A stretch of DNA of 64,000 bases from the human T2T-CHM13v2.0 reference genome, Homo sapiens (GCF_009914755.1 NC_060938.1), one strand, 5' to 3'. Shown: positions 1 to 16,534, numbered from the stretch's first letter. A program made the numbers and translations. Notes: generated by a model from the letters alone, not told the origin.

Positions 1-129
1 CCTTCTCTACTTTGAACCCCACAAAGGCTTCTCACTGCCCACAGGATAAAGTCCTCTTGAGGAATCCAGGACACACAACAGCTGGATGGTTTGATGCCTC
101 AAGTCAGAAGACCACACTGCCTGCGTCTG

Positions 130-950
130 AACCCCAGCTCGCCAGCTGTGAGATCTTGGGCAACTTAATGTACCTTTCAGAGCCTCAACATTTTCATCTG
201 TAAAATGGGAATAAAAATAGTATCTATTTCATAGGATTGCTGAGATTAGATAATATATGTGAAGCTGTGAGGCCTCGCACAAGGCAAAAACCCAGTATCT
301 CACCTGTTAGCTCAAGGGCCTCTACTATCCAAGCTCTGCCCACCACTTCAGCTTCTACCCTTTCCCACTTGCCCTCTGTGCATCAGAGCTGGCTCTGTAC
401 AAGTTCTGACTTTGACCTGGAATATTTTTCCTATCTGTGTGTGTCCCCACTCCCCTGCCTCATACTTAGTATCCTCACTTTAAAATATCATCTTGATTTA
501 TCATTCATTCTTTACTTAAACAACAAATATTTGCTTACTGCCTACAATACGCCAGGCATGGGGGAATGAAGTGATTGAATGAGACGGACCAGGACCGTTT
601 TCATGGAACTTACTTTCCAAAGGGGAGGCAGATAATAAACAAATGACCACGATCAGTTCAGATCATGATTAAGTGTGTGTGGAAAATAAAACAGGGTCTT
701 GTGTTAGTGTGATCCCCTGAGAAGGTGTCGTTTAGGCTGAGATTTGAATGATGAAAAGCCAGAAATAGGGTAGGTCAGTAGTATGTGCCCTAATTATGAT
801 AATGAGGTTGGTGAGTTCAAAAAACAGAAAACAAAACAAAACAAACAAGCAAACAAAAAAACCAGTGTGCTGGAATGAAATAGACAGAAAAGGACTAGTG
901 CGTGAGTAGGTGATCAGACAACTAGAACCTAATAGGCCAAGATAAGAAGT
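130..950. mobile_element. MIR (~130-280) and L2 (~490-950) remnants
   Basis: MIR core gagcctca..ttttcatctgtaaaatggg. L2 3' end tcattcattc..caacaaatatttgc. Confidence 0.6.
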
Positions 951-951
951 T

Positions 952-1292
<341 letters not shown>

Positions 1293-1297
1293 CTAAG

Positions 1298-1378
1298 TAT
1301 TAGCTTGGTGCAAAAGTAACAGATTTTGCCATTACTTTTAACAGCCAAAATTGCCATTACTTTTGCACCAACCTAATA
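1298..1378. mobile_element. MADE1 (Hsmar1-derived MITE)
   Basis: TA-TTAGCTTGGTGCAAAAGTAA...TTACTTTTGCACCAACCTAA-TA: ~80-bp palindrome with TA TSD. Confidence 0.9.
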
Positions 1379-2168
1379 CAATGGGGAGTGAGCAATGAGC
1401 TCTGGATAGGGCAGTGAAATTATCTGATTTAGGTTTTTAGAAAGTCATTTCCACAGAGAAGTATTCCTGGATCCCCCAGGTTGGGTTACGACTCACCACT
1501 AGATATGTGGTACACCCTATAATTCTGCTATCATGATATTCACCAGTGGAGTGTATTTGCTTGTTTAATGTCTATATTCCCTGCTAAACTGGAAATTCGA
1601 CTAGGGTAGGAACTATGTCTCGTTCTCTTTCAAACCTTCCACACATAGGAGGCTTTGCATAAAATGAGGTAAATGGAGGAATAGCTCTTACCACCTGTTC
1701 TATAATTGTCTAAGGGTTTTCCCCCCAACAGGAGATTCTGAGGGCAGGATCACATCTGATTCATGGTCAGCCTGACTCATACGGGGCACATATTTAGGAA
1801 CCAAAAACATAACTGACTTCAAGAAACTCAAGGGCTGGTAAAGACAGACCAGTCATCAGCGTCACAGGACAGGGTAGGGTGAGGGCACAGTGGCTAAGTT
1901 ACTTATCCCCTCTGAGCCTCGATTCCCCATCTGCAAAATGGGGTTGACATTACTTCATGGGACCACTGTGAGGTTCAAATGAGATGATCCACTTAAAGTG
2001 CTTGGAGCAGTACTCAGCAAACTGAGCACTAGGCGAAAGCCAGCTTTCATTACAAGCAGAATGTTCTGACTGAGGGCAGTTCAGAGAGGAGTTTCTGGAC
2101 GAGATGAGCATGCAAGGCTTGGTACCCAGTGAACTCTGTTAGTACTAATTTATAGTGACAATAATTAC

Positions 2169-2220
2169 AATTTGGATGTCGGATCTGCTGACACTCATTT
2201 GCGTATATCGTCCCGTTCAT
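2169..2220 (-). CDS. CINP: CINP alternative first coding exon, MNGTIYANECQQIRHPN(S)
   Basis: Reverse strand ATGAACGGGACG...CCAAATT|gtaatt: 17 codons + 1 nt, then a GT donor at 2168-2167. Same phase (1) as the 2440 exon, so it splices in frame. Matches my recollection of a longer CINP isoform N-terminus. Confidence 0.65.
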
Positions 2221-2439
2221 CTGTCACTGCACATGTGAAAAAACGGAGGCTCGGCAAAACTGTCTCCCGAGCAGCTCGCAGAGGCTGCGAGGGGCCTGCG
2301 GGCTAGGCTGGGGTAAGACAGAGGACCTCCATTTAACCTCATGTAATCCGGGGAGCTCCTGAGCTTCTGGTCCAACCTGCGGCCTAAGCAGTAACATTCA
2401 CAGCCACCCCACCCCGGGAAAGGAACCGATCTCACGCAC

Positions 2440-2446
2440 CTTCCAT
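2440..2446 (-). CDS. CINP: CINP (CDK2-interacting protein) first coding exon segment, ATG GAA G | GT (Met-Glu-Ala...)
   Basis: Reverse strand reads ggaccttATGGAAG|gtgcgtgag: start codon, 7 coding nt and a phase-1 GT donor at 2439-2438. Matches the recalled CINP N-terminus MEA. Lies head-to-head with TECPR2 exon 1. Downstream CINP exons are left of the window. Confidence 0.8.
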
Positions 2447-2544
2447 AAGGTCCACAGATATCCGTAGAAGGAGACGCGAAGCCCCGCCCACCCCACCGGA
2501 AACGCATTTGCGTCACGTCCGCCCCGCCCGCTGCCACTTGTGGC

Positions 2545-2711
2545 TCTGCCGCTCTAGCCCCCGGCGGAGCCAGCTGCTGCTCTTCGGTGCTGGCCCCGGT
2601 GCCGGCCCCGTTGCCCAGGGAACAGGCTCCCGGCAGCCCCCGCGGCCCGGAGTCCATCCCGCCTCCTCCGGCCCGGCGGGGCCGACGAGTCCGGAGGGGC
2701 TGCCGCGGGAG
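2545..2711 (+). other. TECPR2: TECPR2 non-coding exon 1 (start approximate)
   Basis: Strong donor GAG|GTGAGT at 2711/2712 inside the CpG island. No ATG on + in this segment. The next exon carries the start codon. Confidence 0.75.
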
Positions 2712-2736
2712 GTGAGTCCGGCGACGCCGCAAGCGG

Positions 2737-2763
2737 CCCCGACGCCCCCGACGCCCCCGACGC
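2737..2763. repeat. (CCCCGACGC)x3 short tandem repeat
   Basis: Three perfect 9-bp units just downstream of the exon 1 donor. Confidence 0.85.
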
Positions 2764-5074
2764 CTGGCCCCGAGCCCCTCCTCGGCCTCCCCCGGGCCAC
2801 TCTTCCCTTGCCTCAGCCCCGCAGGGTCTCCATGCCCGTCCGCCCCGTCTCCCTCGCCCGCGGTCTCGCCCGCGCGGAGTGGCGGACACTAAATGCCACA
2901 ACACACGGAGCGCCTGGCTCGCCGCCCGCAGAATCCGGCGGTCCGCAGCGGGGAACAGGGGCCGCCCGCCCCTCCTCAGGCCTCCGCTGCGCGTCCCGCG
3001 CCCTCGGCCCCCGGCCCCACCCTGCATCCCGGCTGCCGGTCTGGCCGCGGGCTCTGCTCCTTCGCCTTAAGATTGACGTCGTGTTCTGTCCCCCACTCGC
3101 AGCCCGCGTCCCTTACATCCGCCCACCGGCGCCTGGCCCCAGGCCTTGACACTCATCCAGTTGGTGTTCAGTGTTCGATGAGTGGATAAGTGAATGACTC
3201 CTTTCCCAATCCTATTTGAAGGCATGGGAGGCAGAATAGGTAGTAAGTGTTAAAGGATGGGGTGTCCTGGAGTCAGAGCCGGGCAGGTCCCAGCGGCCCC
3301 TTCCTAGCTCTGTGCTGGGGCAAGTGCCCTACCTCACTCCGCTCCAGTTTCATCACCAGTGGAATGGAGATGAGAATAGTTTCTACCTCTGGCTTGGTAA
3401 GAGGATTAAATGGGTCAGTGCATGTAAAGTTAAGCACGGTGCCTGCCGCTGTACATTTCAGTAAAGGGGAGCCCCTGCTGTCATCTGTGCTAGCCTGCGT
3501 TCTCGCCCTCTAGTCCCTTCTGATATGTCTCTGACTTCTCATGACTTTAGTTTCTCCTTCTCTACCTCCATTTCTCTTCCCTGCACTTTTTTCTTCCTCT
3601 CTTATTGGGATTCAGGAATTTTATTCTGTTCTGTGACTTATGTTCCATGTGTTGGCAGAATGTGGGATACCAGCCTGGGTGCATCCTTTTCTCATCTATT
3701 GGAGTGACCAGTTGCACTTGTGGACTGCCTCCTTGCAGCCAAGGTCTTGTAGACAGAGTTCTGGGAAATCTCAAAACGCAAATCCCAGGCATAGGTAGAA
3801 TCTGGGAATGAAGCCACTGTAGCTCCTTGTGATCACCAGCGATTCCTGGTCTTTTAGGCTGCAGGACTTTGTGTTTTCTCACACCCAGCTATAATGTACC
3901 TTGATAAACCTCTGACCTTATTTTTGTTGTTGTTGTTGTTAACCTGACTTACGTCCCATATTGGTGGTTATTTGGCCATCGTGTGCCAGCACTGTGCCAG
4001 GCTGGCTCTAGGGATGCTGTGGTGAACCAGACAGACCCTTCCTGAGGTCACTGCCTCAGAAAGATCATGGTCTGGCCCATGAACTTTAAAAGGGAGAACT
4101 AAGTGCAGGTGTAGGGGACACACAAATTGAATTTTCAGGACTGCCTTGGAAAACCAGTGGTGGGGAAGATGGAATGAGGATAACCCTCTTCTGAAGGAGT
4201 GACTAGGAAGTAGCTTTTGTTAGGCATCAGCTATATTATACCCACGTGTCTTTTTCAATAGAAGACTGGCATCTACTGGATTTTTTTTTCCAATTTTTTC
4301 TTAAAGAAGTTACACTTAAGTTTGGGGAGAATTTCATTTCATATTAGCCGCTGTAGGAGTTGAAAAAAATGGCTACTGGAACTTAGTGGGAAGAAAAGGA
4401 AGGAAACAGGCATCAGGCAGAGGCAGTTGATTGAACTTGGGAAGATGAGGAATAGATCAGGAAAGGGTTATAATGAAAAGCTTTGGTGTCAAGCACGAAG
4501 AGATTTCTAGATTCAGTAATGCACAGAGAGATCAGTAAAATTAGAAGGGAGTAGTTGATGGCTTTGCGAATTGCTAAGGTAGAAGGGAGCTGTTACTCAA
4601 GATGCATGTTCAATTTAAAATGAATGTATTCTTTGGACCTGGACATAAGAGTTCTATTGACTTTTTGCCACTATTTTATATTTAGGGCTGTCATACTTGG
4701 GTGAATCTAGCACAGTGCTTTGAGAGAGAGATTCATTCAACAAACGTGTATTGAGCATTGATTGTACCATACTCTTTATTGGTCTTTTAAAGCACCACAA
4801 AGTATACAGACTAGAAGAACATAGGTGAAGATGAGAAAGAGTCCATTGAAGGGGAGAGAAAACAGATAATGATGGTGCTGTGCGATAACTGCCATCATGG
4901 AGTTCTGTGAAAGCAGAGAAAGACCAACCAAGTATCTGAGGGAATTTATGAAGGCTTCCTGGTGGCGGAGGACTAGTTCTTACAGGGCACATGTGGGGGA
5001 ATAGGGAAGAGTGGAAAGGGACTTTGTTCTGCAGAGACATACAGGTTATGGTGTGTGCAGGGACTGTGATGGAA

Positions 5075-5350
5075 AGCTGATGGATGCACAAACAAAACGT
5101 GGCCTGTCTACACAATGGAAGGCTGTTCAGCAATAAAAAGGAACGAAGTACTGATTTGTGCTACAACATGGAGGAACCTTGAGAACATTAGGCTAAGTGA
5201 AAGCAACCAGACACAAAATACCACATATTATATGATTCAATTTTGATGAAATCTCCAGAATAGGCGAACTGTAGACAGAGAGGAGATCAGTGGTTGCCCA
5301 GGGCTGAGAGAAGAAGCGTGTAGAGGGGTGATTGCTAAAGGGTAGGGAGT
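5075..5350 (+). mobile_element. Old L1 3' UTR fragment
   Basis: L1MB/ME-like gctacaacatggaggaaccttgagaacattaggctaagtgaaag...gttgcccagggctg. Confidence 0.7.
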
Positions 5351-5934
5351 GCACAGTGTGTGGATGGAAGAGTGGCCTGAGATGAAGTTAGATATAGACT
5401 GTTTTGTCATAGTGTCTAATTTCCATGCTTGTGTTAGGCTTTAGCTTGTGACCATTGGGTAGCCAATGGGGATGGGAGCAAGGAAGTGACAAAATTTTGT
5501 CTGGAAGATAAATGACTGCCTCAGTCTCATTACGTTCCTCCTTAATAATTTAATACTCAAATAATTAATAGATGTCGTAGCCAGATTTCAAACATAGATT
5601 CTACAATAGGGATACAAATTGTTGCTTCCTAGGGATTTTGGAGAGAATCCTGAAACCATTAGTGTACCCAGAGCACTCTGATAACATGGTTATTGTACAG
5701 CGAAGTGGATGACTTAGACTCTATATTAGTCCTAGCTCCAGTTTGAGAAATCATCCATCTGGGTGGCAGTTGGGTGTTAGTAGTCAGCAGTGAAGGCTAG
5801 CTGCCACCTTCCAGGGTTATGAGATTGACAGGGCTAGTGGGGAAAGGAAGCATCGTAACTTGAAGGATGCCATAGGGTGGTGTTTTGTATTTTTTTAACT
5901 GAAATAGTCATGACTAAGGAAGCATTATTCATTA

Positions 5935-6278
<344 letters not shown>

Positions 6279-6834
6279 TAAGACCTGAAGTTAACAAATC
6301 TTTACTGAGCATCTACTCTGTGCCAAAGCTATTATTAGATACTAGGATTTACCTTGGTAAGCAAGAGAGAATTCATGTTGCTTACATTCTTGTAGGAGAG
6401 ATGATTTTTAAATGGTTTAGCAAATAAAGCAATTAGAGGTTGTAATGAGGATTATGAAGCACATATGATAGAGGAAAGAAGGGACAGTTGGGTACTCTTG
6501 AGTGATCTGGTCAGAGAAGGCCTTTCTGTGGTGGTGATATTTAAGCTGAGACCCCACAGTTGAGAAGAAGCCAGATAAATGGAGTGAGATCATTTATTCT
6601 GCATAGAGGAAATAATTATGACACCTGAGTGGGACAGAGTGGGTCAGTGGAGCTAGAACTTGGAGGACAAGTGGAGACGGGTAGAGAGGTGACAGGGGAG
6701 CTGCAAAGGGCTTAGACCACACGGGGCATTTGGTTTTTATTCTTAGAGCACTGGGCAACCAGTGAGGAGTTTTGAGTAGAATGGGTAGTATGGTCTGATT
6801 TCTCTTTGAAGGAGCTGATATTTTCCTTTGTTTT

Positions 6835-7586
6835 TTGGGGGGTAACAGCTTTATTGAGATATAATTTACATGCCACACAGTTCACCCATTTATATACAAT
6901 TCAATGGTTTTTACTGTATTCACAGCTATGCAACCGTCACTACGTCAATTTTAGAACTTTCTCATCACCCTAAAAGGAAACTCCGTACCCTTCAGCAATA
7001 CACCCTAACCCCTTCTTCTCCCAGCCCTGGGCAACCACTGACCTACTCTGCCTACAGCTTGCCTATTCTAGACATTTTGTATACATGGAATCATATAATA
7101 TATGGTGTTTTGTGCCTGGTTGCTTTCACTTAGCATAATATTCTCAGGATTCCTCCGTGTTGTAGCATGAATCAGTACTTCATTCCTTTTTATTGCTGAA
7201 CAGGCTTCCATTGTGTGGATAGATCACATTTTGTTTGTCCATTCATCAGTTGATGGACAGTTAGGTTGTTTTGACATTTTGGCTATTATGAGTGGTGATA
7301 TTATGAACATTTATCTACAAATTCTTTGTAGATATGTTATCATTTCTATTGGGCATAAACCTAGGAATAGAACTTCTGGGTCACATGGTAACTCTGTAAC
7401 CTTTTGAAGAACTGCCCACTGGTGGCTGCACCATTTTATTTTTCACCAGCAATGTATACAGTTTTTTCCACATCCTTGCTAACACTTGTTCATACCCTAG
7501 TGGGTATGAAGTGGTATCTCCTTGTGGTTTCGATTTGCATTTCCCTGATGAGTAATGGTGCTGAACATCTTTTTATGTGCTTATTG

Positions 7587-7620
<34 letters not shown>

Positions 7621-8310
7621 GAAATAAAGTCTCGCTCTGTTGCCCAGGCTGGAGTGCAGTGGTGCGATCTTGGCTCACTACAACCTCCACCTCTCGGGTT
7701 CAGGTGATTCTTGTTCCTTCGGCCTCCTGAGTAGCTGGGATTACAGATGTGCGCCACTATGCCCACCTAATTTTTGTGTTTTTGGTAGAGACAGGGTTTC
7801 ACCATGTTGGCCAGGCTGGTCTTGAACTCCCAACCTCAGGTGATCCACCTGCGTTGGCCTCCCAAAGTGCTGGGATTACAGATGTGAGCCACCGTGCCTG
7901 GCCTTACTGGGCATTTGTGTGTCTTCTTTGGAGAAATGTTTCTTAGACTTTGCCCATTGTAAAATTGTCTTTTGTTGTTGTTTTGAGATGAAGTCTTGCT
8001 GTGTTGATCAGGCTGGTCTCAAATTCCTGGGTTCAAGCGATCTTCCCACCCCAGCCTCCCAAGTAGCTGAGACTATAGCCACGTGCCACTGCACCCAGCT
8101 TTTAAAATTGTCTTTTTATTATTGAGTTATAAGAGCTCTTTATATATTCTGGGTAAAATCTCTTTATCAGATATATAACCAGGAGATATTTTCTTCCATT
8201 TTGTGGGTTTTTTTTTTTTATTTTTGTCGGTGGTGTGGATTAGATGTATTTTTACTTTCTTGATGGTGCCCTTTGGAGCACAAGCGTTTTTCATTTCAGT
8301 GAAGTCAAAG
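6835..8310 (-). mobile_element. Old L1MB-like 3' fragment with Alu and FLAM insertions
   Basis: cagctttattgagatataatttaca...gtggtatctccttgtggtttcgatttgcatttccctgatg, an antisense L1 3' end. Confidence 0.8.
7590..7903 (-). mobile_element. AluS
   Basis: Poly(T) plus antisense dimer. Confidence 0.9.
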
Positions 8311-8994
8311 AGCTAATTTTGATGGCTGAATGAGCCTGGCTTCTGGGGGCAGGTGTGGAAGACCATGGCAGCAGTGTAGGCGAGGGATATGATAGCTTGT
8401 ACTGTGGCATGGCCACAGAGTTGGTGAGGAGGCGCCAGGCTTGAGGGAGGCTTGGAGATAGGGCTGATGGACTGAGTTGAGAGATTGTTGTACGGGTGAG
8501 GGAAACAGAGGAATTGAGGGTGAATACTAGGATTTCAGCTTGAACAACACTTTTGATTCAAAATGTGATTATGCTGTTACCTGCCGGACAATTGTGACAG
8601 TTTCTAATACCTGCTGGAGCCTAGCAAGGGCAGCCCTGCGCTCCCTCCCTGGGTTCTGAAGTTGCTTTTGGTAGGATTATCACTGAGTGTGCCAAGGAGA
8701 TGGTCAGGGATTCTGACCTTTTGTAATACCCACTAAGACCTCCTAAGCCACCACAAATAAACATATTATCTGAGTAGAATAGTGCACTTGCTCTGCAAAT
8801 GCACTTTTGAGGCAAATCTCTTGACTCCCTTCTAGCTAGACTGCAGTCTCAAAGCCCTTCTTGTGTAGAGCCTGCGAGCTGTCAGTGGATAGCATCAAAT
8901 CAAGCGGATGGATTCTTGAAAGCTAAATGTCATCATTTGACAGAGCTACTATGAGGAAAAATATTTTTATTTTTAAAAAAGTTTTATTGATCGA

Positions 8995-9966
<972 letters not shown>

Positions 9967-11589
9967 GTAATAAGATTTTTAAAGGAGGAAATAACATTAG
10001 GCAATACTTACTGGTGAAGAGCTCAGTACTTCCGCTTGCTTGCTAGGAGATCTCATGAGCTAAAGCAGATACGAAAGTGCCTGCCAGAGATAGGGAGTAG
10101 AAGGTGTGAAGGCCAGGACGTGAGAGGCCAGGCCTGTTGTAATTAGAAGCAATTCAGTGTGGCTGGAGGACAAGTGAGAGATCCTCGGGTGGCAGAGGCC
10201 AGATCACCAAGGTTCTTGTAAGCCAGCAACACTTGGGCTTTAGCAGGAGGAAGATGGGGACCACTGCAGAGTGTTAAGCAAGGGAGTGATGACATCAGCT
10301 TTGCACATCAGGAAAATCCCTCTGTTTGCCACGTGGATGACGGGGAGGGAGAGGCGGGCAGATGAGCTGGGCACCAGAGAGAGCTGCAGGTGAGAGGTAA
10401 TGGTGGCCCGAGCTAGGGGTGACACACTGAGGTGTGTGGGAGATGTACTGAATGGAGAATCGGGGACATGGAGAGGAGAGGAGGAGGGATCAGGGATGAT
10501 GCTCCTTTTCTGGCTTGGTCAGCATGGCCCAGGCAACTGGTAGAAGATACAAGATAGGTAAGTGTCTTTGACATTGTTCATTTACTCTGTGTTTATAGCT
10601 AGGATGTAAGTTTTACTAATCCCATTTCAGATGGTAATTGGAGATCTAGAGAGGTTGAGCAGTTATTCCAGGGTGCCTCAGGTAGTTTTAGGAGCATTGG
10701 GATTTGAACTTGGGTCTTTTTCACTTCAGTATCATTAGCCACTCATTGTGCAGTTCTTCCTCGGTGGAAAGAGGGTCAGTTCTGTGGCTGTGGGTCTGAG
10801 ACCTGGGGGTTGGGTGAGGTGGAACATGGAGTTGGGTGAACATTGGGTAAGGAGGAGGAGCAGAAAGTCTTAGCAGAAATGTTTGCTGTGTCTGCATTGT
10901 TTTTCCCAAACCTAGCGCAGGACAGTGAGACAGCGGCTCTATGCCTTTTCCTCAGCCCGTCCTAGACACTGTTTCTGCCAGGAGGACAGTTTTGCTGGGA
11001 GTTGGCCTCAACCTGCTCCTCCTATCTGAATGGTGGGTGAAGGACAGACAAGCCTGGTGCTAAGCTCATCCAGAGGCCCCCAGATAGGGAAATAGCATGG
11101 ATTCTCTTCTGCCCGCTGGGGACTTCTTGGGCACCTGGCCCCCAGGCATGGCTGTCCTGACTCATCTGGGTGCTATGGCTTACGGGCCTCTAGATATCCT
11201 TTGGAAAAACGTGTGAGGCATAAATTGATATGAACATTCTTCAAGGCAGTTTGGCAATACATTTTTTTTTAATTCAACATTTCCACCTCTTGCAGTGTAC
11301 TCCAAGAATATACTTGGATATATTTCTGTTGTTTTTGATGGCAAAATTAAAATCTTTTGGTTGAGAAAATTTTGGTTTATCCATACAGTGTGTTCTCTGC
11401 AGTTTTTCTGTATAGTCACTAAAAATCACATTCTAGGGGAATATTTAATGACATGGAAAATACTCATGATTTATTAAGTGAAAAAGTCTGTGTGTGTGCA
11501 TATATGTTTATATACATATATCTGTAGCTATCTGTGTACATGGCATATCTCAGTATGATGAGATTGTGACTTTTCTTTACTTCTTTGTC

Positions 11590-12520
<931 letters not shown>

Positions 12521-12851
12521 AACTTTTTGATAGTGAGCATTTATAACTGTTATAAAAAGAAACCTTTATTTTTAAAAAGTTAAATAAATTATGGCACATC
12601 AATGTGTGTATGAGTATGTATGTATGCACTCTTTAAGGAAACAAAGCCTTTTACTATTTCTGTGCCTTGGAAAGAAGAATAAGAAGTTTCTGCATCCATG
12701 AAGTGGAGGTAACATTCATGTCTAATGTTTGGGGATTGCAGGAAAAAAAAATGGAAGTAACTATGATGCCTACTTCATGTTTGTTTTTTTTTTCTTTCTT
12801 TTTGGTGAGGATTTAATGGGTTTGTGTGCTAAGAACAGTTTGTATTAAGTA

Positions 12852-13211
12852 CAGACGGTTTTCAACTTACAGAGTTTCAACTTACTATTTTTTGACTTTA
12901 AGATTGAGCGAAAACGATACCATTCAGTAGAAACTGTATTTCCAGTAACCATACAACCATTCTGTTTTTCACTTTCAATATGGTATTAAATAAATTACAT
13001 GAGATATGCAACACTTTGTGATAAAATAGGCTTTGATTAGATGATTTTGCCCAGCTGTAGGCTAACATAAGTATTCTAAGCACATTTAAGTTAGGCTAGG
13101 CTAAGCTAAGATGTTCGGCAGGTTAGGTGTATTAAATGTATTGTGACTTATCTTTTCAGCTTATGACGGTTTTATTGGGACATAACCCCATTGTAAGTTG
13201 AGGAGCATCTG
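12852..13211. mobile_element. Tigger-family MITE (MER47-like)
   Basis: TA-CAGACGG...GCATCTG-TA terminal inverted repeats, ~360 bp. Confidence 0.75.
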
Positions 13212-13393
13212 TAAAAACATTAGCTATTCCCATTATTATTACTGCAAAAGAGGGTGGATTGGGTTCTTAAGTATCACAGAGGAATGCAATTATTATTATT
13301 ATTGTTATTTACTTACCTTTAAGAAAGTTCTCATACGTGGATATGTTCTGCCTGTATTGGCTATTGTGACTGTCAGATGAAATGGGAATCTAA

Positions 13394-14950
<1,557 letters not shown>

Positions 14951-16244
14951 AAGAAAGGGGCTGTGTAGAGAAAGTAAAACTGGGAGAGGTGACAGAGAGA
15001 GAACTCAGTAGGGGGAGGAGAAATCAAGTACGGCCTCATGAAAGAGGGCACAATTGAGAAGGAGGAAGAGCTCAGTAGAGAAAGAACATTCCAAGTGGAC
15101 GGAACAGCCAATGCAAGGGCCCTGGGGTGAGAACGAGCTGGATTAATTTGATCAGAAGAGGGACTGGAAGTTGGTCAGTCCACTATGTAGAAATAGAAAA
15201 CCTACAGTTCAAAGAGACCATAAATCCATGATGCAAGAAGTTTCTGTGAGAGGAGCTTGGAAGTCTCCATAGAACCTGTAGAGCTAAAATATCCCTCCAG
15301 GTGTAATCAGGTACAGAGCATCTACCTGGACTGTTACAGCCTGCCTGTCAGAGCTGTGACTGTGCTGTTGTCAAGAGCCTAGGACTTGGAGGGAAAAGAC
15401 CTAGAGTCAAGTCTCGGCTGTTTGATCTTGAGTGAGTCTCATGACCCTCTGGCCCCCAGTCCCTTCTAAAAGTTAGGGATGATGCTACCTGCCTTATAAG
15501 GTAGGGTCAGGATTAAATCAGTGAGTGAGCACTTTGTGAAAGATGGCGTGCATGGAAGGGTTGCATATCTTTAGTAAGGGAAGCTTTGAAGCCAAAGTGC
15601 AAGTGGGTGGGTCTCCATGTGGAACAGAGTAAGGTGCTGTGTGGCTGGACTCTTGAGCGCTGAGGAGGCTGTGGGCATCCAACCAGGCCAGGGCACCTGT
15701 TCTTCACCATCTCATTAACACAGCCAGCATATCTGCATCTGAGATTGGCCCACTATTCTCCTAATAGAGTGTCTTTCCTGTTTCTCTTTTCCATATCCTG
15801 TCCAACCTGGTGGGCTTCATAGTTCAGGATGTGTTCAGTGAAGCCATGTCTACACTCACTCTAATCCCCACTGATCTCTCTCTCCTCATGAAAACCCACA
15901 AATTATCACCTCATTACTTGTGGATTTGTGTCTTTTCACTATTTCATCTGCCTCCCTGTCTAGATCATAAGCTACTTGGGAGTAAGAACTGTTTTGTTTT
16001 TTGTATTCTTTCCACTCCTCCATGGCATTCACTACAACATAAATCATAGAGGTCAGAACATACTGAAGTGCATTTTGAGTTAAAATGCTCAAAAGTGATC
16101 TTAGTGACACGTGTTTACTTTCCCTGTTTATTTAAGCTCCAGCTATAATGTTTACCTGCCTAAAAGTTCCATGTTGCCAGTATTAAACATACTTCTTTTT
16201 GCCATGACTAGGCATTGAAAGGATTGTAATGCTTTGTTCTGTAG

Positions 16245-16316
16245 CCCCCAGGTTTCCCTAGATGACAAATAAACATTCCTTTTCCTGCGTGAAGATAGTC
16301 TGTGGAAACCTTGGCC
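16245..16316 (+). other. TECPR2: TECPR2 exon 2, 5' UTR part (72 nt)
   Basis: Acceptor ctttgttctgtag| at 16244. In-frame TAG at 16296-16298 upstream of the main ATG. Confidence 0.8.
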
Positions 16317-16534
16317 ATGGCATCGATATCAGAGCCTGTTACATTCAGAGAGTTCTGCCCGTTGTACTATCTCCTCAATGCCATTCCGACAAAGATCCAG
16401 AAGGGTTTCCGCTCTATCGTGGTCTATCTCACGGCCCTCGACACCAACGGGGACTACATCGCGGTGGGCAGCAGCATCGGCATGCTCTATCTGTACTGCC
16501 GGCACCTCAACCAGATGAGGAAGTACAACTTTGA
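16262..16534 (+). promoter_or_regulatory. Overlapping upstream ORF (90 codons, out of frame) in TECPR2 exon 2
   Basis: ATG at 16262, 55 nt upstream of the main ATG, in a weak context (tagATGa). TGA at 16532-16534. Entirely exonic. Translation not demonstrated. Confidence 0.5.

Larger units (their letters stand above)
2200..3200. promoter_or_regulatory. CpG island / bidirectional promoter shared by CINP (-) and TECPR2 (+)
   Basis: Very GC- and CpG-rich. GC boxes at 2481-2489 and 2521-2529, ETS core CCGGAA at 2496-2501, CRE/ATF-like TTGCGTCA at 2508-2515. No TATA box. Divergent first exons on either side. Confidence 0.9.

Noticed and set aside
2511-2520. CLEAR/TFEB element, tempting for an autophagy gene
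   Set aside because: The sequence is GTCACGTCCG, lacking the CACGTG E-box. It is better read as CRE/ATF-like.
2217-3189. Long ORFs (171, 213 and 157 aa) over the CpG island
   Set aside because: Stop-codon scarcity in very GC-rich DNA. Low-complexity P/R/G/A products that cross splice donors.
16268-16273. AATAAA in the exon 2 5' UTR as a poly(A) site
   Set aside because: It sits within an internal exon upstream of a strong donor, with no other support.
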